Of a stretch of 64,000 nt of DNA, positions 1 through 14,700 are shown piece by piece. Origin of the DNA: Eledone cirrhosa (lineage: Eukaryota); contig OZ024766.1 of assembly GCA_964016885.1 (NCBI GenBank), forward strand, positions 3,534,001 through 3,598,000. Direction: 5' to 3'. Below the pieces are notes generated by a model. The model was not told the origin of the DNA. It saw only the letters and a list, made by a program, of their open reading frames with translations, and did not search any database. Made by a program: the position numbers and the translations under genes. The first letter of the stretch is position 1. The number at the start of each line of letters is the position of its first letter.

Positions 1-490
1 TTATCACCACTACCATCCCCACCACCATCCCTGCCACTACCATTATCAATGTCACCACCTCCACTACCACCATCATACCCACCACCACCATCCCCACCAA
101 TACTACCACCACCACTATCATTGTCATTACCACCATCATACCCCTCCCCCCACTACCCCCCATTACTACCATCATCCTGGCAATCACCACCACCACCACC
201 ACCACCCCAGCCAAGTCCCCACCACTACAATCATCACCATAACCACAACATCTCCACCATCACATTCACCCACGCCATCACCACTACGACAATCATCACC
301 CCCTCACCCCCTCTCTCTCTCTCCTCAGCCCCCACCTATCATCACCACCATCACCCCCACCATCACCACTACAACAATCATTATCAGCTCCCCCATCACC
401 CCATCCCCACCATCACCCCCACCACCATAATCGCCCCACCACCATAATCGCCCCAAACCATCACCCCCATCACCCCCACCACCATCATAT
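1..490. repeat. (CCA/CAT)-rich low-complexity tract
   Basis: Visible degenerate trinucleotide repeat. Confidence 0.9.
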
Positions 491-649
491 TACTAATAGC
501 TATTGCATTACTGAGCACGGTTGTGTGTTCCCTGGCCAGGTGCAGTGCAGTGTCTCTGTGTTACCTTTGTGTGTAAATCTCCACTTAGCACCTCTACTGT
601 ATCGTCCGTTATATTTTTGACCCTGGGGTCAATAAAGTTAACATTATGT

Positions 650-870
650 GGATTGGACAGTATCGGTAGAGGGTCGGACGCCATGGTGTGCAGCACAGAG
701 TTGCGGCCCTTTACGGTCTGAGTTCAAGTGTCCCCGGGGTTAACTTGGCCTTTCCCCTAAAATGGTTGGCCTTGTGTCTAATTCAGAAACCTTTATTGAG
801 GGGTCGATAGAATAAAGTACCAGTAATGCACTGGGGTTTGATTTAATCGGCTTTCTCCTTCCCAAAGTGC
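650..870 (+). mobile_element. tRNA-derived SINE family A (other copies ~20421-20597 +, ~44283-44441 +, ~11330-11420 -, ~36305-36390 -)
   Basis: Dispersed copies with A-box-like tggcagtatcggtagag, B-box-like gagttcaaatccc and core aataaagtaccagt. Confidence 0.75.
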
Positions 871-878
871 TTTTTTTG

Positions 879-2320
879 CAGCCCTCAACGAAGGACTCCT
901 GTCCCTCTCTCTCTTCAGCCCTCAACGAATAACCCCTCTCTCTATTTTCATGGTATTTCATCCTCTCTATTCAGCCCTCAACAAAGGACATATCTCTCTT
1001 CAGTCCTCAACGAAGGACACCTGTCTCTCCCTCTTCAGCCCTCAACAAAGGACCCCTCTCTATTCAGACCTCAACGAAGTACTCCTTTCTCTTCAGCCCT
1101 CAATGAAGGACTCCTCTCTCTATTTTCATGTTATTTCATCTTCCCTCTCTCTCTTCAGCCCTCAATAAAGGACTTCTGTCCCTCTTCAGCCCTCAACGAA
1201 GTACTCCTCTCTCTATTTTCATGTCATTTCATCCTCCAAATCTCTCTCTCTTCAGCCCTCAACGAAGTACTCCTCTCTCTATTTTCATGTCATTTCATCC
1301 TCCAAATCTCTCTCTCTTCAGCCCTCAACGAAGTACTCCTCTCTTCAGCCCTCAACGAAGGACTCCCCTCTCTTCAGCCCTCAACGAAGTACTCCTCTCT
1401 CTATTTTCATGTCATTTCATCCTCCAAATCTCTCTCTCTTCAGCCCTCAACGAAGTACTCCTCTCTCTATTTTCATGTCATTTCATCCTCCAAATCTCTC
1501 TCTCTTCAGCCCTCAACGAAGTACTCCTCTCTTCAGCCCTCAACGAAGTACTCCTCTCTTCAGCCCTCAACGAAGTACTCCTCTCTCTATTTTCATGTCA
1601 TTTCATCCTCCAAATCTCTCTCTCTTCAGCCCTCAACGAAGGACTGCTCTCTTCAGCCCTCAACGAAGTACTCCTCTCTCTATTTTCATGTCATTTCATC
1701 CTCCAAATCTCTCTCTCTTCAGCCCTCAACGAAGTACTCCTCTCTCTATTTTCATGTCATTTCATCCTCTCCATCTCTCTCGTCAGCCCTCAACGAAGTA
1801 CTCCTCTCTCTATTTTCATGTCATTTCATCCTCCAAATCTCTCTCTCTTCAGCCCTCAACGAAGTACTCCTCTCTCTATTTTCATGTCATTTCATCCTCC
1901 AAATCTCTCTCTCGTCAGCCCTCAACGAAGTACTCCTCTCTCTATTTTCATGTCATTTCATCCTCCAAATCTCTCTCTCTTCAGCCCTCAACGAAGTACT
2001 CCTCTCTCTATTTTCATGTCATTTCATCCTCCAAATCTCTCTCTCGTCAGCCCTCAACGAAGTACTCCTCTCTCTATTTTCATGTCATTTCATCCTCCAA
2101 ATCTCTCTCTCTTCAGCCCTCAACGAAGTACTCCTCTCTTCAGCCCTCAACGAAGGACTCCCCTCTCTTCAGCCCTCAACGAAGTACTCCTCTCTCTATT
2201 TTCATGTCATTTCATCCTCCAAATCTCTCTCTCGTCAGCCCTCAACGAAGTACTCCTCTCTCTATTTTCATGTCATTTCATCCTCCAAATCTCTCTCTCT
2301 TCAGCCCTCAACGAAGGACT
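879..2320 (+). repeat. Tandem array (66-bp and 27-29-bp units) built from the exon 1 acceptor
   Basis: Unit contains ctctcttcag|ccctcaacgaag. Confidence 0.93.
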
Positions 2321-2500
2321 CCTCACTGGACGCAGTGAGCCCGTTGCTCACTGCAGAAGACGAGTCTAGTTATGAATTTCCTGTGACCAATCTTTATGAA
2401 CTGGAGAGCCGAGTATTTGTTGACCAGTGGTCAATCCCGTACCGTAAGGACGAGTCCCTGGGAAAGTGTCTTCTGGCCTCCACATATTTTGCAGAAGCAG
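2305..2500 (+). CDS. USP24: USP24 exon 1 ([11 protein letters not shown]...YFAEA)
   Basis: ttcag acceptor, ag|gtatgt donor. The 5' boundary is uncertain because the acceptor is repeated upstream. Confidence 0.85.
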
Positions 2501-5446
2501 GTATGTACAGTTGCCCCCAGGGGTGCTTTTAGTTTTTCTTGATGTTGCTGTTGTTGTTGTTGTTGTTGTGTGTTGGTGGTGTTGTGTGTTGGTGTGTGGT
2601 ATGGTAGTGTGTTGGTGGTGGTGTGTGGTATGGTAGTGTGTTGGTGGTAGTGGTGTAGCGGTTGGTGTGTTAGTAAAGGTGGTGTTGTGGTAGTTGTAGT
2701 GTAGTGGTGGTGGTGTGTTGTTGGTAGTGGTGTAGTGGTAGTGTTGGTGTGTTGGTGGTGGTGTAGCGGTTGGTGTGTTAGTGAAGGTGGTGGTGGTGTG
2801 TTGTTGGTAGTGGTGTAGTGGTAGTTGTAGGGTGGTGGTGTGGTAGTAGCGGTGGTGTTGTGTGGTATGGTAGTGGTAGCAGTGTTGTGTTGTAGTAGTG
2901 GTGGTGGCGTTGTAATGTGGTAGTGGTGGTGGTAGTGGTGTGGTGTAGCGGTTGGTGTGTTAGTGAAGGTGGTGGTGGTGTGTTGTTGGTAGTGGTGTAG
3001 TGGTAGTTGTAGGGTGGTGGTGTTGTGTGGTATGATAGTGGTAGCAGTGTTGTGTTGTAGTAGTGGTGGTGGCGTTGTAATGTGGTAGTGGTGTGGTGGT
3101 GTGGTGTTGTAATGTGGTAGTGGTGTGGTGTTGTGGTGGTGGTAGTAGTGGTGTGGTGTTGTGGTGGTGGTAGTAGTGGTGTGGTGTTGTAATGTGGTAG
3201 TGGTGGTGGTAGTGGTGTGGTGTGTGGTGGTGGTAGTAGTGGTGTGGTGTTGTAATGTGGTAGTGGTGTGGTGTTGTGTTGTAGTAGTGGTGGTGGCGTT
3301 GTAATGTGGTAATGGTGTGGTGTTGTGGTGGTGGTAGTAGTGGTGTGGTGTTGTAATGTGGTAGTGGTGTGGTGTTGTGGTGGTGGTAGTAGTGGTGTGG
3401 TGTTGTAATGTGGTAGTGGTGTGGTGTTGTGGTGGTGGTAGTAGTGGTGTGGTGTTGTAATGTGGTAGTGGTGTGGTGTTGTGGTGGTGGTAGTAGTGGT
3501 GTGGTGTTGTAATGTGGTAGTGGTGTGGTGTTGTGGTGGTGGTAGTAGTGGTGTGGTGTTGTAATGTGGTAGTGGTTGTGGTGGTGGTAGTAGTGGTGTG
3601 GTGTTGTAATGTGGTAGTGGTGTGGTGTTGTGGTGGTGGTAGTAGTGGTGTGGTGTTGTAATGTGGTAGTGGTGTGGTGTTGTGGTGGTGGTAGTAGTGG
3701 TGTGGTGTTGTAATGTGGTAGTGGTGTGGTGTTGTAGTAGTGGTGGTGGCGTTGTAATGTGGTAATGGTGTGGTGTTGTGGTGGTGGTAGTAGTGGTGTG
3801 GTGTTGTAATGTGGTAGTGGTGTGGTGTTGTGGTGGTGGTAGTAGTGGTGTGGTGTTGTAATGTGGTAGTGGTGTGGTGTTGTGGTGGTGGTAGTAGTGG
3901 TGTGGTGTTGTAATGTGGTAGTGGTGTGGTGTTGTAGTAGTGGTGTGGTGTTGTAATGTGGTAGTGGTGTTGTGGTGGTGGTAGTAGTGGTGTGGTGTTG
4001 TAATGTGGTAGTGGTGTGGTGTTGTGGTGGTGGTAATAGTGGTGTGGTGTTGTAATGTGGTAGTGGTGTTGTGGTGGTGGTAGTAGTGGTGTGGTGTTGT
4101 AATGTGGTGTGGTGTTGTGGTGGTGGCGTTGTAATGTGGTAGTGGTGTGGTGTTGTGGTGGTGGCGTTGTAATGTGGTGTGGTGTTGTGGTGGTGGCGTT
4201 GTAATGTGGTAGTGGTGTGGTGTTGTGGTGGTGGCGTTGTAATGTGGTAGTGGTGTGGTGTTGTGGTGGTGGCGTTGTAATGTGGTAGTGGTGTGGTGTT
4301 GTGGTGGTGGCGTTGTAATGTGGTAGTGGTGTGGTGTTGTGGTGGTGGTAGTAGTGGTGTGGTGTTGTAATGTGGTAGTGGTGTGGTGTTGTGGTGGTGG
4401 TAGTAGTGGTGTGGTGTTGTAATGTGGTAGTGGTGTGGTGTTGTGGTGGTGGTAGTAGTGGTGTGGTGTTGTAATGTGGTAGTGGTGTGGTGTGTGGTGG
4501 TGTGGTGTTGTAATGTGGTAGTGGTGTGGTGTTGTAATGTGGTAGTGGTGTGGTGTTGTGGTGGTGGTAGTAGTGGTGTGGTGTTGTAATGTGGTAGTGG
4601 TGTGGTGTTGTGGTGGTGGTAGTAGTGGTGTGGTGTTGTAATGTGGTAGTGGTGGTGGTAGTGGTGTGGTGTGTGGTGGTGTGGTGTTGTAATGTGGTAG
4701 TGGTGTGGTGTTGTGGTGGTGGTAGTAGTGGTGTGGTGTTGTAATGTGGTAGTGGTGTGGTATTGTAATGTGGTAGTGGTGTGGTGTTGTGGTGGTGGTA
4801 GTAGTGGTGTGGTGTTGTAATGTGGTTGTGGTGTTGTAATGTGGTAGTGGTGTGGTGTTGTGGTGGTGGCGTTGTAATGTGGTGTGGTGTTGTGGTGGTG
4901 GCGTTGTAATGTGGTAGTGGTGTGGTGTTGTGGTGGTGGTAGTAGTGGTGGTGGCGTTGTAATGTGGTAGTGGTGTGGTGTGTGGTGGTGGTAGTAGTGG
5001 TGTGGTGTTGTAATGTGGTAGTGGTGTTGTGGTGGTGGTAGTAGTGGTGTGGCGTTGTAATGTGGTAGTGGTGTGGTGTTGTGGTGGTGGTAGTAGTGGT
5101 GTGGCGTTGTAATGTGGTAGTGGTGTGGTGTTGTGGTGGTGGTAGTAGTGGTGTGGTGTTGTAATGTGGTAGTGGTGTGGTGTTGTGGTGGTGGTAGTAG
5201 TGGTGTGGTGTTGTGGTGGTGGTAGTAGTGGTGGTGGCGTTGTAATGTGGTAGTGGTGTGGTGTTGTGGTGGTGGTAGTAGTGGTGTGGTGTTGTAATGT
5301 GGTAGTGGTGTGGTGTTGTAATGTGGTAGTGGTGTGGTGTTGTAATGTCACCATCTAACCCTCTCTCTATTTCAGGACTGGCTGACACCAATGAACACTG
5401 CAAACGCTTCATGACCCAGTGTATGCCAGAAGCTTTTAAAAAGGTA

Positions 5447-5497
<51 letters not shown>

Positions 5498-8400
5498 ACC
5501 TCTCTCTCTATATATATATATATAGATATGGAGGCACATGGCTTAGTGGTTAGAGCATTGGGCTTGCAATCGAAAGGTTGTGAGTTCTATTCTCAGACCG
5601 AGTGATGTGTTGTTTCCTTGAGCAAGACACTTTATTTCACATTGCTCCAGTTTACTCAGCTGTAGAAATGAGATGATAGGGACTGGGGTCCCTATCATTC
5701 CACTGCAAAGTGGTCGTGGAGGTGTCACGGCAAAAAAGCACCCAGCACTCACTGTAAATGAGGTTGGTGTTAGGAAGGGCATCCAGCTGTAGAGATCAAG
5801 CCAGAATCAGTTCCCGTCCCACCCTTGCAAGCAGGGAAAAGTGGACGTAAAATGAAATGATATGTTGGTACCACAACATCCAGTCCTAAACAAATGAGGT
5901 CGTGTAGGTGTCACGACAAAAAAAACACACAGTCCACGCTGTAACGTGGCCGTGTAGGTAACACGGTAAAAACCTCCCAGTCCACACTGTAAACGTGGTT
6001 GGTGTTAGGAAGGGCATCCAGCCGTAGAAAACCCGCCAGACAGTCCTATACGAACGAGACAACCAATCTTGCCTCACGCCGGACAATTCCCGTCTAACCC
6101 ATGCTAGCGTGGAAGATAGACATTAAACGATGATGATGATGATGATGATGATAACACATATATATCACTCTCTCTCTCTCTCTCTAATTTCAATAACCTC
6201 TGTATTTTATTTACTTTATTCTTAACTCTGAAGTGGAAAATCATTCGGTTTCCTAATTAGAATTTTAGTCTACGACTTCAGCTATACCATTTACGTGGTT
6301 TTGTCTTTGCGTGTAATTGTTCTCCACGCTCCACATATGACGTATTATCTTTGTTTTATCCGTTCATTGCCAGAGAACGTCTCCATGAACCACCTAATAG
6401 AATATTAGTCTACGACTTCAGCTATACCATAAACGTGGTTTTGTCTTTGCGTGTAATTGTTCTCCCCGCTCCACATATGACGTATTATCTTCGTTTTTTC
6501 CGTTCATTTCCAGAGAACGTCTCCATGAACCACCTAATAGAATATTAGTCTACGACTTCTTTTATACCATAAACGTGGTTCTGTCTTTGCGTGTAATTGT
6601 TCTCCCCGCTCCACATATGACATATTATCTTCATTTTATCCGTTCATTGCCAGAGAACGTCTCCATGAACCACCTAATAGAATATTAGTCTACGACTTCT
6701 TTTATACCATAAACGTGGTTCTGTCTTTGCATGTAATTGTTCTCACCGCTCCACATAATGACGTATTATCTTCGTTTTTTTCCCGTCCTTTGCCAGGGAA
6801 CGTCTCCATGAACCACCTAATAGAATATTAGTCTACGACTTCTTTTATACGATAAACGTGGTTCTGTCTTTGCATGTAATTGTTCTCACCGCTCCACATA
6901 TGACGTATTATCTTAGTTTTTTCCGTTCATTGCCAGAGAACGTCTCCATGAACCACCTAATAGAATATTAGTCTACGACTTCTTTTATACCATAAACGTG
7001 GTTCTGTCTTTGCGTGCAATTGTTCTCCCCGCTCCACATAATGACGTATTATCTTCGTTTTTTTCCCGTCCTTTGCCAGGGAACGTCTCCATGAACCACC
7101 TAATAGAATATTAGTCTACGACTTCTTTTATACGATAAACGTGGTTCTGTCTTTGCATGTAATTGTTCTCACCGCTCCACATATGACGTATTATCTTAGT
7201 TTTTTCCGTTCATTGCCAGAGAACGTCTCCATGAACCACCTAATAGAATATTAGTCTACGACTTCTTTTATACCATAAACGTGGTTCTGTCTTTGCGTGC
7301 AATTGTTCTCCCCGCTCCACATATGACGTATTATCTTCGTTTTTTCCGTTCATTGCCAGAGAACGTCTCCATGAACCACCTAATAGAATATTAGTCTACG
7401 ACTTCTTTTATACCATAAACGTGGTTCTGTCTTTGCGTGCAATTGTTCTCCCCGCTCCACATATGACGTATTATCTTCGTTTTATCCGTTCATTGCCAGA
7501 GAACGTCTCCATGAACCACCTAATAGAATATTAGTCTACGACTTCTTTTATACCATAAACGTGGTTCTGTCTTTGCGTGCAATTGTTCTCCCCGCTCCAC
7601 ATAATGACGTATTATCTTCGATTTTTTCCCGTCCTTTGCCAGGGAACGTTTCCACGAACCAAAGTATCGTCTTCCTGTCTTCCTCCGGTTGCAACGTTTT
7701 TTGAAATATTTACTTCTGCGTTCACAGATTGACTTTTTTTAGTTTCAGAAGATCCCGTTAAGGGTGAAAGCAGCGATTCTTTGCTTAAACTTTAATCTGT
7801 TATTTTAATAAATATATATATATATATATATATCACTCATCTTCACTCTCACTCTCACCCTAACCCTCTATCAACAGCTAATGACGTACCCTGCCGTCCA
7901 TCGATGGACGTCAGAAATCCAGGAAGGCATCAACAACATGCTACAGTTATTTATTGACTTGGTTGTGGCGAGGCTGCAGCACTTGCCAGTTCCTATTGCA
8001 CTTTTGGATGTCCTCAGTATGGTGAGTACCACATCTACACCCCCCACCCCCCCCACCCCACCCACCCACCCCACACACACTCACACTCTCTCTCTCTCTC
8101 TCTCAATAAATAAATAAATGTAATCAGAGTTTTTCGAATATTAATAATTGTTTCTACTTTTGGGGGCACAAGGCCAGCAATTACCCCAGTGTATTACTGG
8201 TACTTTATTTTATCAACCCTGTAATAATTGTTTCTACTTTTGGAGGCACAAGGCCAGCAATTACCCCAGTGTATTACTGGTACTTTATTTTATCTACCCT
8301 GTAATAACTGTTTCTACTTTTGGGGGCACAAGGCCAGCAATTACCCCAGTGTATTACTGGTACTTTATTTTATCAACCCTGTAATAATTGTTTCTACTTT

Positions 8401-11400
8401 TGGGGGCACAAGGCCAGCAATTACCCCAGTGTATTACTGGTACTTTATTTTATCTACCCTGTAATAACTGTTTCTACTTTTGGGGGCACAAGGCCAGCAA
8501 TTACCCCAGTGCATTACTGGTACTTTATTTTATCAACCCTGTAATAAATGTTTCTACTTTAGGCACAAGGCCAGCAATTACCCCAGTGTATTACTGGTAC
8601 TTTATTTTATCAACCCTGTAATTATTGTTTCTACTTTAGGCACAAGGCCAGCAATTACCCCAGTGTATTACTGGTACTTTATTTTATCGACCCCATACTA
8701 ACTGTTTCCACTTTTGGCACAAGGCCAGCAATTACCCCAGTGTATTACTGGTACTTTATTTTATCTACCCTGTAATAACTGTTTCTACTTTTGGGGGCAC
8801 AAGGCCAGCAATTACCCCAGTGTATTACTGGTACTTTATTTTATCTACCCTGTAATAACTGTTTCTACTTTTGGGGGCACAAGGCCAGCAATTACCCCAG
8901 TGTATTACTGGTACTTTATTTTATCTACCCTGTAATAACTGTTTCTACTTTTGGGGGCACAAGGCCAGCAATTACCCCAGTGTATTACTGGTACTTTATT
9001 TTATCAACCCCGTAATAACCGTTTCCTCCTTTAGGCACAAGGCCAGCAATTACCCCAGTATATTACTGGTACTTTATTTTATCAACCCCGTAATAATTGT
9101 TTCTACTTTTGGCACAAGGCCAGCAATTACCCCAGTGTATTACTGGTACTTTATTTTATCAACCCTGTAATAATTGTTTCTACTTTTGGGGGCACAAGGC
9201 CAGCAATTACCCCAGTGTATTACTGGTACTTTATTTTATCTACCCTGTAATAACTGTTTCTACTTTTGGGGGCACAAGGCCAGCAATTACCCCAGTGCAT
9301 TACTGGTACTTTATTTTATCAACCCTGTAATAAATGTTTCTACTTTAGGCACAAGGCCAGCAATTACCCCAGTGTATTACTGGTACTTTATTTTATCAAC
9401 CCTGTAATTATTGTTTCTACTTTAGGCACAAGGCCAGCAATTACCCCAGTGTATTACTGGTACTTTATTTTATCGACCCCATACTAACTGTTTCCACTTT
9501 TGGCACAAGGCCAGCAATTACCCCAGTGTATTACTGGTACTTTATTTTATCTACCCTGTAATAACTGTTTCTACTTTTGGGGGCACAAGGCCAGCAATTA
9601 CCCCAGTGTATTACTGGTACTTTATTTTATCTACCCTGTAATAACTGTTTCTACTTTTGGGGGCACAAGGCCAGCAATTACCCCAGTGTATTACTGGTAC
9701 TTTATTTTATCTACCCTGTAATAACTGTTTCTACTTTTGGGGGCACAAGGCCAGCAATTACCCCAGTGTATTACTGGTACTTTATTTTATCAACCCCGTA
9801 ATAACCGTTTCCTCCTTTAGGCACAAGGCCAGCAATTACCCCAGTATATTACTGGTACTTTATTTTATCAACCCCGTAATAATTGTTTCTACTTTTGGCA
9901 CAAGGCCAGCAATTACCCCAGTGTATTACTGGTACTTTATTTTATCTACCCTGTAATAATTGTTTCTACTTTTGGCACAAGGCCAGCAATTACCCCAGTG
10001 TATTACTGGTACTTTATTTTATCAACCCCGTAATAATTGTTTCTACTTTTGGCACAAGGCCAGCAATTACCCCAGTGTATTACTGGTACTTTATTTTATC
10101 GACCCTGTAATAATAATCTTTCTACTTTTGGCACAAGGCCAGCAATTACCCCAGTGCATTACTGGTACTTTATTTTATCTACCCTGTAATAACTGTTTCT
10201 ACTTTTGGGGGCACAAGGCCAGCAATTACCCCAGTGCATTACTGGTACTTTATTTTATCTACCCTGTAATAATTGTTTCTACTTTAGGCACAAAGCCAGC
10301 AATTACCCCAGTGTATTACTGGTACTTTATTTTATCTACCCTGTAATAATTGTTTCTACTTTAGGCACAAAGCCAGCAATTACCCCAGTGTATTACTGGT
10401 ATTTTATTTTATCAACCCTGTAATAACTGTTTCTACTTTTGGGGGCACAAGGCCAGCAATTACCCCAGTGTATTACTGGTATTTTATTTTATCAACCCTG
10501 TAATAACTGTTTCTACTTTTGGGGGCACAAGGCCAGCAATTACCCCAGTGTATTACTGGTACTTTATTTTATCTACCCTGTAATAATTGTTTCTACTTTA
10601 GGGGGCACAAGGCCAGCAATTACCCCAGTGTATTACTGGTACTTTATTTTATCAACCCTGTAATAATTGTTTCTACTTTTGGCACAAGGCCAGCAATTAC
10701 CCCAGTGTATTACTGGTACTTTATTTTATCTACCCTGTAATAACTGTTTCTACTTTTGGGGGCACACAGCCAGCAATTATCCCAGTGTATTACTGGTACT
10801 TTATTTTATCTACCCTGTAATAATTGTTTCTACTTTTGGGGGCACAAGGCCAGCAATTACCCCAGTGTATTACTGGTACTTTATTTTATCGACCCTGTAA
10901 TAACTGTTTCTACTTTTGGGGGCACAAGGCCAGCAATTACCCCAGTGTATTACTGGTACTTTATTTTATCTACCCTGTAATAACTGTTTCTACTTTTGGG
11001 GGCACAAGGCCAGCAATTACCCCAGTGCATTACTGGTACTTTATTATATCGACCCTGTAATAACTGTTTCTACTTTTGGGGGCACAAGGCCAGCAATTAC
11101 CCCAGTGTATTACTGGTACTTTATTTTATCTACCCTGTAATAACTGTTTCTACTTTTGGGGGCACAAGGCCAGCAATTACCCCAGTGTATTACTGGTACT
11201 TTATTTTATCTACCCTGTAATAATTGTTTCTACTTTTGGCACAAGGCCAGCAATTACCCCAGTGTATTACTGGTACTTTATTTTATCTACCCTGTAATAA
11301 TTGTTTCTACTTTTGGCACAAGGCCAGCAATTACCCCAGTGTATTACTGGTACTTTATTTTATCGACCCCGTAAGGATGAAAGGCAAAGTTGACCTCGAC

Positions 11401-11735
11401 GGGATTTGCACTCAGACCATAACATTCAATTAGTTTGCAATTATGCAAACAAGCTTCAATTTTAAAGCCATGTCAGTAGAATGAACACTTCATTCTTGCT
11501 CTTGGGTTGGCATGTATGTATAATATATGTATATATGTGTATAATATATGTATATATATATATATAGATATTACTTCTTGTTTTAATTGCCCTGATGAGT
11601 TCTTAATAGGACGAAACATTGTCGGCTAATAAAGACTTTTGATGTATTGAAGGCTTCTTTGTTTTACTCTCTTAATTATATATATATATATATATACACC
11701 TAAGGGGATTGGATATAACTATTATTTGTTACCCC

Positions 11736-11783
<48 letters not shown>

Positions 11784-14700
11784 ATATTAAATGAATGGAA
11801 ACTATATTTATAAAACTATATTTATTTTATTATATATATTTCAAGGTTACCAAGACAACATTGGTGCGCTTTCATCAGATAAAATACAAAGTTTGTTCTA
11901 TAAATAGAGACGTACCCATGGAAATCATACTTTATCGGTTGGAAATTCACTGGGTAGATTATTTTATCTGATGAAAGCGCACCAATGTTGTGTTGGTACC
12001 CTTGAAATATATATAATAAAATAAATGTGATTTTATAAATATAGTTTCCATTTATTTAATATCATTGAATATTATACTCCAGTAACTTGTTGAGTGCTCT
12101 AAATCAGTTATAAACATTTATGTCTGTCGGACTTCCAACAAATTAAATACTTCTACTTATATATATATATATATATAGTTATATATATATAACTATATAT
12201 ATATATATATATACCTACTACAGTCAGTAGGCATCTCTATCAAAACACACCCCCCGTCCCACCACCTCCACACCGCCCCTTTCAATGTAAAGTTATGTTG
12301 GTACCACAACATCCAAGCCGAAACAAATGAGATTGTGTAGGTGTCACGACAAAAAAACACACAGTCCACGCTGTAAATGTGGCCGTGTAGGCAACACGGT
12401 AAAAACCTCCCAGCCCCACACTGTAAATGTGGTTGGTGTTAGGAAGGGCATCCAGCTGTAGAAAACCCGCCAGACAGTCCACGCTGTAATGTGGCCGTAT
12501 AGGCAACACGGTAAAAACCTCCCAGCCCCACACTGTAAATGTGGTTGGTGTTAGGAAGGGCATCCAGCTGTAGAAAACCCGCCAGACAGTCCTATGCGAG
12601 CAAGACAATCACTCTTGCCTCAAGTGGGAAAACCCCCGTCCAAACCCATGCAAGCGTGGAACACGGACGCTAAACCTGATGATGATATATTTTTTTTCTT
12701 CTAACTTTAATTTTATACCTAATTGTGTATGGTTGATGGTATATTTAATCGACTTCCACGTGTTGTTGAAATGTTGGGTAAATATTCTATGGTGGTTGGC
12801 CTCGAGTAGATGGCTGTCGTTTATTTATCTACTATTTCTTCATAGGTGCCTTTTAATCTTATAGCCTGGTCTAATTGATTTTTTTTTTGTGTGGTTAATT
12901 ATGCTAATTGGGAGAGGAAATGGTGTATATATATTATCAAATGATTCTATGGACATACTTTATTGTATATATATATAAGATCAAAAGATGGTTAAAAGAG
13001 TTCCAAGTATTTTATTATGCACATTTCAAAAACAAATATCATCATGGGATGATATCTGCGTTCTCATCAGATAAAATAGGGAGACATGATATGAAGCTTA
13101 AAAAACACTTGTGAGCAGTGAAGCTTTAAATCAACATATGAAAAATAAATTAAGATGGATGTGTGAGATTGGGAAAAAGTGCGGGAGGGTGGGGTGGAAA
13201 GGGTAAGGAAGAGGAAGAAATAAGAGTAAAGGATGGTGGGGGAGGAGTATAAGAAGGAAGGATGAGAGAGGAGGAGAGATGGGTGATATTGCTACAATAA
13301 AACTCGCCTCCTACATTATATATCATCATCATCATCATCATCATTTTACGTCCGCTTTTCCCTGCTTGCAAGGGTGGGACGGGTCTTATTCAGCACAGCA
13401 TCTCTCCACTCGTCACGGTCCCTCGTCATCTCCACCGTGAGCTTCAATGATCTGAGGTCTGTTCTCACCACCTCCGCCCACGTTTTTCGTGGTCTACCTC
13501 TACCACGTCTTCCTTCAACTGGCATTTCCTGGCACTTCTTCACCCATCGGTCATCCTCCATGCGCATCACATGTCCATACCACCTCAGTCTCCTCTCCCG
13601 TACACTACATTCTATCCCTCTCAGACACAGTTTCTCTCTCAACACATCACATGTCCATACCACCTCAGTCTCCTCTCCCGTACACTACATTCTATCCCTC
13701 TCAGACACAGTTTCTCTCTCAACACATCACATGTCCATACCACTTCAGTCTCCTCTCCCGTACACTACATTCTATCCCTCTCAGACACAGTTTCTCTCTC
13801 AACACATCACATGTCCATACCACCTCAGTCTCCTCTCCCGTACACTACATTCTATCCCTCTCAGACACAGTTTCTCTCTCAACACATCACATGTCCATAC
13901 CACCTCAGTCTCCTCTCCCGTACACTACATTCTATCCCTCTCAGACACAGTTTCTCTCTCAACACATCACATGTCCATACCACCTCAGTCTCCTCTCCCG
14001 TACACTACATTCTATCCCTCTCAGACACAGTTTCTCTCTCAACACATCACATGTCCATACCACCTCAGTCTCCTCTCCCGTACACTACATTCTATCCCTC
14101 TCAGACACAGTTTCTCTCTCAACACATCACATGTCCATACCACCTCAGTCTCCTCTCCCGTACACTACATTCTATCCCTCTCAGACACAGTTTCTCTCTC
14201 AACACATTTATGCTGGGTCGTTCACGCACATTTACACTGCACATCCAACGGAGCATGCTTGCCTCATTTCTCTCCAGCCGTCGATATATATATATATATA
14301 TATATACATACACACACTTCCATCTCTCCCCCAGGCCTTTGACCAAGATGCAGTGTTCCACTTCAAGAACCGTGCCAGACAATGTGAGAAGACTTACTGG
14401 AAGGACAAGTTTACAAATGGGGAACTTTACGCCATCAACTACTCCACGGCTGGAAAAAACGTAAGATCTTTACATCCTCTTCTTCTTCTACCTACGCTAC
14501 ATATATTGAGGCAGGGAACCACTCTGTATATTGAGGGAGGGAACCACTGTATATTGAGGCAGGGAACCACTGTATATTGAGGCAGCGAACCACTCTGTAT
14601 ATTGAGGGAGGGAACCACTGTATTGAGGCAGGGAACCACTCTGTATATTGAGAGAGGAAGACACTATATTGAGGCAGAGAACCAGTGTATAATGGAATAT

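Noticed and set aside
2431-5490. 1019-aa and 858-aa His/Thr/Pro-rich ORFs on the minus strand
   Set aside because: Low-complexity repeat lacking stops by composition; the longer ORF overlaps real exons in antisense.
5528-5610. tRNA gene (also at 25715 and 58001)
   Set aside because: tRNA-like SINE head with no proper acceptor stem; it continues into a SINE body and LINE-type tail.
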